NCBI RefSeq assembly: GCF_009914755.1
Contig: NC_060925.1
Strand: one strand, 5' to 3'
DNA: 64,000 bases
Source of the DNA: the human T2T-CHM13v2.0 reference genome, Homo sapiens
In this document: piece after piece, positions 54,501 to 64,000 of the stretch
Position numbering within the stretch: position 1 is the stretch's first letter
Layout: every line of letters starts with the position of its first letter
Notes under the pieces: model-generated
The model's database searches: none
Seen by the model: only the letters and a program-made list of their open reading frames with translations
What the model was told of the DNA's origin: nothing
Position numbers and translations under genes: made by a program

Positions 54501-57500
54501 CATGATATAGTTGGGGATGCACTGTGATAAATGCATGGTGCTGAGGACCCTGATGAGAGCTGCATACTCCATCCTGAGGAATCCTGGAAGAGAGCTCAGA
54601 AGGGTAGAAACAGTGCCATATCTTGGAGTATGAGTTTGCCAGGCCAAGAAAAGGAGGGTAAAGAGAGAATTATTTGAGCAGAAGTATGGAGTGTTAAAAG
54701 AACAGTATGTGAGTGTGTGTGTGTAGTGGTATCTTGAGAAGGCTAGGTTAGGGAATGTTGACTTTCAAAATTTTCTTGTGATACTTTCAAGCTCCTTCTT
54801 TCTGCTTCCTCCAAAGTTTTTGCAGTTCTCTCTTCTAAGAGGCACTCCTAAGACTCCCTGTTCCTTTTGGGAAGACAGTAATTTGGTCCTGACCTTGTAA
54901 GAGAACAGCTCTCAACCAAACTGTGCTTCTCTCCTCCAGGCCCCAGCTGACATCTTGTAATTATGCCAAATCCCAGTCACTTCACAAAGGGTCAACTCAC
55001 TCTCACAGGGTCATCCTGATTCATGGCAAACTCTTTAAAGTAGTGAACAAAGTTGCCTTTTCAAAAAATTCGGGGAAAAAAAAAGATACAACCAATACAG
55101 CATCTTTTCTTCTTTTCTTCATGCTATCTCATGCCAAGACTCTAATTTTATAGGCAAGTTGTGAATCTCTGTGAAAATAAAGTAAATTCCCTATAAGTGA
55201 GGTCTTATGGATTTATTGCAATGGCATTTTTAAGTACACAAATGTCTTGTTTATTCCAAATTATCTATGGGTTTATGGAAGTAAGAATATTTTAGTATAC
55301 TGAGCACTAGCAACAACATGCCAGGCAATGAGCTGGTGCCTCTATTTATGTTATCTGATTTAATTCTCACATCACCCCATGAATTAGAAGTGTTTTTTTC
55401 CATTGAACAGTGGAGAAAACTGAAGCTTAGGAAGGTTATTTTTCCATTCTACTGCTAGAAAAGGGAGGGCTGGTAATGAAACCCAGGTTCATTACTCCAG
55501 AGCCTATGTTCCCACAGAGCCTTAGTCTTTCACATATGTAGTTTCTAACAACTCAGCAAATTCCAAAGCTTTCTCATCATTTTTGGTATTTTGAATGTAA
55601 TCTTTTAAAGTTATATCACATCCTCTTTTATGTTCCTATATAGGCAAAGCAGAACATAAATCAACCTTGCCTTTTTTTTTTTCAGGACTAGTTTTTGCAT
55701 CTACTCTGAACACCCTCCAAACACTATGCTGTTGCCTTGTTTGGTTAGCTTTTAAATGATCATTGGATTTAGCATGCACTTATATTACTAGCAGTATAGC
55801 AGATTTGCCTCTTGCAAATCCTTCCAGTCCCTTTACATTTGCTGCTTACAAATTGTGTTAGGCTACTAAATAAAATAGCTATGCTTATTTGAGTATGCCC
55901 AAAACAAGGTATCATAGGGTTGAAGATAGTTGGGAGTGTCCAGAATATGTGAAGAGTGTCATTATTTTAATGCATATGTTTGTAATGATAGTTAAAAATA
56001 AGTTAACATGACATAGGAAATGTCATGCTGGTCACGGTTCTGTCTGCTTTCATTTCAGTACTCAATAAGGAATTTACTCTTCCTATTGAAAGGATTAAAG
56101 GCAAACTCTCCTCCCATCTGTACCTCCATAGCTAAGGCAGAAGCCATTAGATACAGCATGTTCAGATTAGAGAGAGAGATGTTGGCTTTAAACTCAGAGG
56201 GAGAAATGATTTCCACTGATTCATAAGCAATGGCCATTTTGCAGAACCTACAGGAGGAATGCAAAACCTCTTCAGACACACCATTGTTGAAGACTGCAAT
56301 TAGAGTGAATTTGGAGCAAGCCCATAAGCAGGGACTAAATTTTTTCCTCAAGTAATAACAAGACTCCTATTACTAGGATGTGATATATCAGTATCAACTT
56401 GCTCGGGAAAAAAACAGTGAGCACATGAAAGACAGGAAGATGTCAAAGCATCTGCAATGCAGTAGAAAGAGAAATACGTACGAAACATACAGAACACATA
56501 CCATTCTTTTAGTACATGTAACCACAAGTTTCCGTCAATTTCTTATTGAGAAGGAATTGAAAGCATATATAGAACTCCAGTGAATGCCTTGAAATATACT
56601 ATATTTATGTTTATGTTTCCTATACATAATTTCTATAGTTAGTTCTCATTCCATGTGGTGCATTCCTTCTCACTAAATCCTCTTGCTTTTCCATAAATCC
56701 TGATTTTCAGACTCTCTCTCAGTATTGTGACAAAGATTTGGACTTAATGGACTCTATCTAACTATTGCAGTCAAATTTTTATTTCCTAGAATGGGCCAAA
56801 GGAAGTAAACAGACCCAATTAGAAAGAACTTCCTTAATGAATCTGAATTTTGTCTCAATGTATAATACAATAAACAGGGACCTTGTGACACATACCAAGA
56901 AGACTTTAGTTTTCTGGATTCCACACAGATGAGGCTGACTGAAAGGCAACCCTGACTATATTAAGCAGGTAAGTAGGTGCTCAGTGAATATCACTGTTCT
57001 CACTTGACGTGAAATGCGACTGAACCATAATTTCCAAGAGTAGTTGAAATTCACTGAACATTATTATTGATCAGGACTCTCTAAAATAATCTTCCTAAAA
57101 TAATTTAAAGCCATTTTTAGTTGAGGCAATAGGATGCTGGTGTTCTCATTGAAGACTTTTGGTGTGGTAGATTCACTAACAGTTATTTTGAGATGCTCCT
57201 TAGCTCCTTAAAAGAAGAAAGTCTTTCCACATCACCCAGATGCAGAAAAATATGCAGGCCCCCCAAGAGCTTAAGAAAAACATTCATTAAGACAGACTGT
57301 CAAAACAGTCAGCTCGCAACCAAATTTAGGAACTTCACAAACAAGGCATGGGGTGACAGAAGCAAGAGAAAGAATGACAGTTCTGACAGGCTTTTTTTTC
57401 TTTTCCCTTCAGTAAACTGCCCGTGGGTGCCCCTGACCACTGGTTTCAGTGTTGAGGCATCCCCGAGGGAAAGACATTCAGGGTAGAAGAGGTGGCCGTA

Positions 57501-58078
57501 ATTGCTGCTTGTCATTAATATTTTTACCAAATGGATTTCTCCATATGGCAGTTCCTTTCTGTCATGGGTTATTTATAATCCTTCCAATCTTTACCACCAA
57601 AGCTAATCTATACCACATTAGTAAAAACATTCCTAGGCCATTGAGTTGAGTTCCCTTATTTTATTTCCAGGAGGCAGGGCTATTAAAGTGAAGGCTGAAT
57701 AAGCACAGACCTGCATGTGGCTTTGTTGGCTAATATCAAATAGGATTCTTGGATGTTTCTGGACAGAACTGGTTTTTTGATCAGTTTTGTGTGACCCTTT
57801 AAAAAAGAATGGAGCCTGTTTCTGATCCCATCAAGCTCATTCATCTTTCATTTGAACTTACTTCTGAAAATTCTATTCTCCCATTTATTGTCTCATTTAG
57901 TATTGATGAGCTCCTGCTTTATGTCAGGTCCTGTGCTAGGCACTGGGACTGAAAGAAGAATAGGACATACTTCCTGCTTATGAGGATTCCTAGCTCCTCC
58001 ACTAGCTAGCAGGTGATCTTGTTTAAGAGACTTCATCTCTCTGTCTTCTTGTCTATAAATTAGAAATCATAAGGACCT

Positions 58079-58461
<383 letters not shown>

Positions 58462-58913
58462 TTATAAGCACTCATATATGGTAGTTACTGTCATCCAAAT
58501 TATTATAGTTCATATTATTAGCAATGGCTGGCTCCAGTGCTACCTTCTTTGAAATATTTTCACCAATTTTGCCAGTTAAAAGTAATTTCTCCTTTTCCTT
58601 TCCTTAGGGTTCTACAGCATATTGGACCCTGAGTTACTACTTATTTTATTCATCTTCTGTTATAAATAATTGCATTATTTTTATAATTGCATCTTCTGTT
58701 ATAAACAATTTCGATAAACTGTGAACTGCTTGAGGGCAGAGATCATTTCTCATTTCCCTCTATTTAATATTAATTCACTCATTCACTCATTCATTCATGT
58801 AAAGAGCATATACTGAGCATCTGTGATATGCCAGACACTATGCTAGCCACGGAAAATATAGGGAACAATCATAATAAAACCATGGTCTAGTTCTCGCTAT
58901 CATGTTTAGTGGT

Positions 58914-59547
58914 TGTAGGGTAAACACACCTGACAGCAACAATGTAAGCATACCCTTAGATTTATCCTGTATAGCATCGGTACCTGAATATGTGTTCCAT
59001 GCTAGGGAATCCAGGAGTGGCCAGCCTGGAGATTTGTTGCTTATCTATGACAAACATCTGAACCACCAGCTCATCCCATTGAGCACAAGCCATACAGAGG
59101 ATTGAGGAGTTGGTTTGGGGTTAAATGAAGGTTGCCAGTTGAAGATTGCTAGAGGGAGAGTGTTAAGCAAAAATGCTGTTTGCAGGCAGTTATGGTTTTC
59201 CTGCCCAGGACGTTGCCATTGGGTTATGTTGTCCAGACCACTGCCACTGGGCTGTAGGAAGGCAGATATGATGTTGTTCAGCCTGCTGCCACTGGACTGT
59301 ATGTAAGGTGGATATGTTGTCCAGCCCACTGCCAATGGACTGTATGCAAGGCAGATATCTGGTCCAGCTCACTGCCATTGCACCATTTCTGTACATAAGG
59401 TGGTTTCCTGTCCAGCCACTGGGCTCTCTCCCCTGTATGTAAGCCCCTAATGAAACCTCATGTCTTGTTTGCTAGCTTTGGGTCTCTTCTTTGGCCTCTT
59501 CAACCTAGTGCCTTCCCTATTGAGGTTACTAGGAGCTTGGCACAACA
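58914..59547 (+). mobile_element. LTR47-like solo LTR with an internal tandem array
   Basis: tgtagggtaaacacacctgacagcaac..aagcatacccttaga...ggcacaaca. TSD gtggt/gttgt. Confidence 0.8.
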
Positions 59548-60090
59548 GTTGTGGAGACAGATAAACAGCCTGACCAGCCTATGAAAGGAGTAGGAATAGG
59601 GGTCTATTAGAATAAACGTAAGGGATAATAAACTCAGACCATAAGAGTCAGTGAAAGTGTCCTAAAGGAAGTAGCATATAAACTTAATTCTGAGGGTCAA
59701 GTAGGAGACAGCTAGGATAGGGTGAAAGGGGCAAGGAAAATATTTCTGACAAAGGAAAGATCCAGAGGGAAAAGAAAGCAAGATGCATTCAAATAACTAT
59801 GAAGTTTTATATCACTACAGGAAGAAATGTAAAGAGGAGAGGAGTGAGATGAGTTGAAGATGTAGGAAACACTGGATCATGCAAGACCTTGGAAGCCACG
59901 TTAAAAAGAATATGGGAAGTCACCAGAGGGTTTTAAGCAGGGGAGTGACATGATGGTCATCTAAACTAGAGTGGTGGAGAGGTAATGGGGGAAAGGACAT
60001 TTTTGGAAGATCAGAATCAATACAAGTGAGTGATTGAGTCCTGTTGCTGTTGAGGATGGGGGAGTGAGAGGAGTCATAGATAGCTTAAGG

Positions 60091-60601
60091 CAGAAGTCCC
60101 CAAATCCCAGTTCTGTGTCCTGTTAGGAACTGGGATGCACAGCAGGAGGTGAGCGGCGGGCTAGAGAGCAAAGCTTCATCTGTATTTACAGCCCCTCCTC
60201 ATCACTCACATTACCATCTGATCTCCACCTCCTGTCAGATCAACAGCAGCCTTAGATTCTCATAGGAGCGTGAACCCTATTGTGAACTGCACATGTGAAG
60301 GATCTAGGTTGTGGGCTCCTTATGAGAATCTAATGCCTGATGATCTGTTACTGCCTCCCATCACCCCCAGATGGGACTGTTTTAGTTGCAGGAAAACAAG
60401 CTCAGGGCTCCCACTAATTATTATGGTAAGTTGTATACTTATTTCATTACATGTTACAAAGTAATATTAATAGAAATAAAGTGCACAAAAAATGTAATGT
60501 GCTTGAAACATCCCAAAACCATCCCTCGCCCTGACCTAGTCTGTGGAAAAGTTGTCTTCCACAAAACTGGTCTCTGGTGCCAGAGAGGTTGGGGACTGCT
60601 G
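60091..60601 (+). mobile_element. MER1A hAT-Charlie element
   Basis: cctgttaggaactgg..ttagattctcataggagcgtgaaccctattgtgaactgc..ggttggggactgctg. Perfect 8-bp TSD gcttaagg. Confidence 0.93.
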
Positions 60602-62325
60602 GCTTAAGGGTTTCTGGATCCAAGTAGATTGTCATGGGATTTTCATACCCGTGGAAGAAGGGTTGGTTTCGAATCTGGGGAAAGATAATGAGTCCTGTTT
60701 TAAAACACATTTCAGGTGCCTGAGATATCACAGTGGAGATATCAAGTGGGAAGTTGGAGGAAAGATTGGGAGTTCAAGAAAAAACAAAGTAGCAAAGCAC
60801 AGATTTGAGTGTCTGCTGCAGAGAAATGATAATTGAAGCCACGAGAGGGGATCAGATCATACAAGAAGGCTGTGGAGAACGAGAAGAGAAGGCAGCCTAG
60901 GACGGAACCCTGAAGAATTCTAAGATTTGAACATTAGATAAGAATTGCTAACAAAACTGACTGGAAGGGTGTGGTGGAGGAGATAGAAGGGCACTCAGCA
61001 GAATGCTATGTCACAGTAGCCTATGGAAAATAGTGTTTCCAGATGAAGAGGATGGTCAGCAGTGTCATTAAAAAAACAGAACAGCATTTGCTGACCTTGA
61101 CCAGAGAAGCTTCTGTAAAGTTGAGTGGGGCAGATGCCAATCTGTAAAGGATTGAGGAATTAGTGTGAAATGAGGGAGTGGAGGTAGCAAATATAGTAAA
61201 TTCTTTTAAATAACTTTGTGAAAGAAAAGTCAGCAAACCTAGAGGGGACATGGGGTTAAGAAAGTTATTTTTTGTTTTATTTTAATATGGAAGAGACTTT
61301 ACCAAAGCTGATGTGAAGGCAGTTCTCCTTCATAACACAGGCATGTAGTTAATACTATGTTTATAAAATGTTCTTTTGTTCATTCTCTCATGTCCTAGAA
61401 GCCTTGTGAGTTGGGTGGAAGAAGGACTGTTAACCAGTTTTTTAGTTGATGTTGTTAAATAGATGAGGAAAGTCAAGCACTAAAAAGAGAGACTTTGCCT
61501 GCACTCACCCAGTAGGTTAGTGCAGAGGCAAGACAAGTGTAGTGCCCAACACTGTCTGACACATAAGGAAGAGGAAGAGGAAGAGTTCAGGGTTTCTCAG
61601 AAAATGTCAGACTTTGAGCCAAGAACTTTCATATATCTCAGTATTTCTCTACCCAGGCTGCACATTACAATCACCTGCAAAGATTTAAAAAATATCAAAG
61701 ATCTGACCCCACACTAAACCAATTAAATCAGTCTTACACTGGAAGTCCAAATTCCTCTGTAAAGCAGACTGATTCGTCCGTGAGGAAATCTCTATCGTGT
61801 TATTTTTCTGTTTTACTTATTTGTTATTTATTATTACCTGGAGTATGAAAAAGAAACATTTTAGCATGACATTCAAGACTTTGTACTAACCTCTTCAGCT
61901 TCATCTCTTCTAATCCTCACATTCCTGAAGATACTACCCATTCTCCCCACATTTCAGCCTCCATAAATCTTTTGTTGCATTTGGAACATGCTATGGCTTT
62001 TTGTACCACTATGCCTTGGTACATGCTGTTCACCTTTTCTGTTGCTGGTGAAGTCCTAGTCATCCTTCAAGGCCAGCTCAAATGCCACTGTCTTTGGGAA
62101 ATTTTTGGTCTTCTTGACTATACAGGGACAGTTAATTACATAGTTATTTGTACTTTTGGAACATTGTCCCCACTCCTGTAGCACAGAAAAGTATTTTCCT
62201 ATTTGTTTATATCTCCCATCTCCAGCCTGTGCTAGCTTTGAGCCCAGGGACTGTCTTGGTCACTGTGATATCACCAATATGTGGCATAATGCTTGGCACT
62301 TGTTAGTGCTCAATAAACACTAAAA

Positions 62326-62495
62326 AACGTGGTTCTCATAGTGTGTTCCCTTGGTCAGCGGAATCAGCATCACCTGGGAACTTGTTAGAAACGTAAGTTC
62401 TTAGGCTAATCCCAGATCTACTGAATTAAAAATACTGGGAGTGGGGTCTAGCTCTCCAGGTGATTCTGACGCATACTCAAGTTTGTGAACTGCTG
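62326..62495 (+). mobile_element. MER5A
   Basis: gtggttctcatagtgtg..cagcatcacctgggaacttgttagaaa..ccaggtgattctgacgca..aagtttgtgaactgctg. Confidence 0.88.
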
Positions 62496-63278
62496 TACTA
62501 AAGGATAGAAGGAATCAAAGAGGATTTCTCTGTGAGAAACAAGAGGGAAGGTCTCCCAGGGAAGGAAGCCTTTGGATTGGGCCTGATAGGGGTAAGATTT
62601 AGATACTAAGAAATAAAAGAAATAAAATAAAAAAAATTAAATTTTTCTCTCTGAAAGAGAAAAATGTAAGAACAAAGCAAGGAGATACAGAAGTATAGTG
62701 CATGGTCAGGCAATGCTGTTGGGCCTAGCTGCCTTGAGCCTAGAGAGAGTGGAAGAAAGTAAAGGAAGATCAGTTTGTTAATCAGCAGCTTCTCTCACTG
62801 GCCCATAAGTTCTTCCACAACAGGAACTGTGTTTGTTTTAGCCATATATCCTGATATCTGGCCCAGGGCAAGGGCTTAGTGAATGTTTGATGAATGATTG
62901 ACTGAAGGCAGCTTGACTGAAGAAGAATGTCAGAGAAATAGACGTTCTGCGAGATCAGCCATATCATGCAACTGTTCCTGAAAAGGAAAGTACAGGGAAA
63001 ATGGTTCCCCTGCAGTTAGAGCATAAACTTTCCCATCTGGCTCCATCTAGTGTCCTAATGGGCAGATTTCTGATCTAGGACATCTCTAGCCACAGAGGAA
63101 ACATGCTCTACTCACTTTGTTATGCTGCAGGCACAGGGAGGAGAGGGAGGCGGGGCAACTGGGGTACTCAGGCCCTGTGCTTACTCCACAGCTTCAGATT
63201 GAAAACAACTTTAGGTCTGAGATTTCTTGATATTTCTAATTTGCTTATTTCAGTTAAATTTCCTGTAGTTCCGTTTTT

Positions 63279-63309
63279 TGTGTGTGTGTGACACACACAC
63301 ACACACACA
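63279..63309. repeat. Compound (TG)6-(AC)9 microsatellite, self-complementary
   Basis: Read directly from the sequence. Confidence 0.95.
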
Positions 63310-63466
63310 GATACCTTTCTTGCATTTGATGTTTCCTTGTTCAAAAAAACCTGTGACTGATGAGAGACAAGCCTTGCTGATGCCAAATTCCAAAGGCTGT
63401 GCACTCAGAATCTTGAATTTCCATATCAGGGCATTTGTGACAGGTTTTGGTCATGTTCTGTAACCT

Positions 63467-63480
63467 CCACCAGGGGGTAT
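63467..63480 (+). promoter_or_regulatory. CTCF-like motif
   Basis: CCACCAGGGGGTAT matches the CTCF core except at the 3' end. Binding is not shown. Confidence 0.4.
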
Positions 63481-64000
63481 CCCAGACTCTAGCAAAGTAG
63501 CATGAAGCCTAGGACTTGGGAAGGGGTCGTTTTTCTTTAAGGGTGATTAATAAATTATTGTCAATGCCTTTGATAAGGATTGAATGAGTGCTATTCTAAG
63601 GAAATAATCAGAGATGCAAAGAAAAGAGGTTGGTAAGAAATACAGTGACTGATATGTTGACTTGTAGAATTAGCAGCAATTTAAATTTAAATTCTATTTG
63701 TATAAATTTTCTATAATGAATGTTTATATTTAAAATATGAAATTACATTAAGAATTCAGCAGTAGCAGAAAAAGAAGGAAAATGTTAGGAGATGAAGAGA
63801 GGGATATTAGTCATTTTGGGGAGATGCAATCAAGTAGAAAATATGTAGTTCTAGTAGTTTGGGAAAACGTATTTTGCCAATATTACCCAGTATAATCCAG
63901 GACCTGTTCTTATTGCTGACCAAGAGGTCACATATTTGATGTTTTAATGAACTATTTTTTAAAGGATTAATTTATTTAAAATTATTATTTATAAAATACA

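Larger units (their letters stand above)
58780..61310 (-). mobile_element. Long L2 (minus strand) hosting LTR47 and MER1A
   Basis: Starts attcactcattcattcat..tgagcatctgtgatatgccagacac; purine-rich L2 body continues to ~61310. Confidence 0.75.

Overview
Primate (most likely human) intronic DNA, AT-rich and dense in MIR, L2, L1M, MaLR/ERV LTRs, hAT MITEs and Alus. The only protein-coding sequence I can support is a 40-nt minus-strand exon (13902-13941, QQRKLDLLTITSP) that I recognise as an internal exon of AGBL4 (CCP6, 1p33); the rest is AGBL4 intron. None of the listed ORFs looks like a real gene. The most striking structure is a ~2.47-kb retrotransposed insertion (43521-45989) bounded by a 16-bp target-site duplication. 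On the minus strand it reads: CpG island, old truncated L1 (with an AluSc), unique tail with AATAAA, poly(A). So the window's only CpG island appears to have arrived by retrotransposition; from memory it resembles the RAB33B promoter/5' region, which needs a BLAT check. Other notable items are a polyadenylated, U5-less MER4A-type ERV copy, a perfect 36-bp palindrome, several fold-back or templated-insertion scars, and three CTCF-like motifs. Repeat subfamily names come from remembered consensus sequences, and boundaries of old repeats are approximate.
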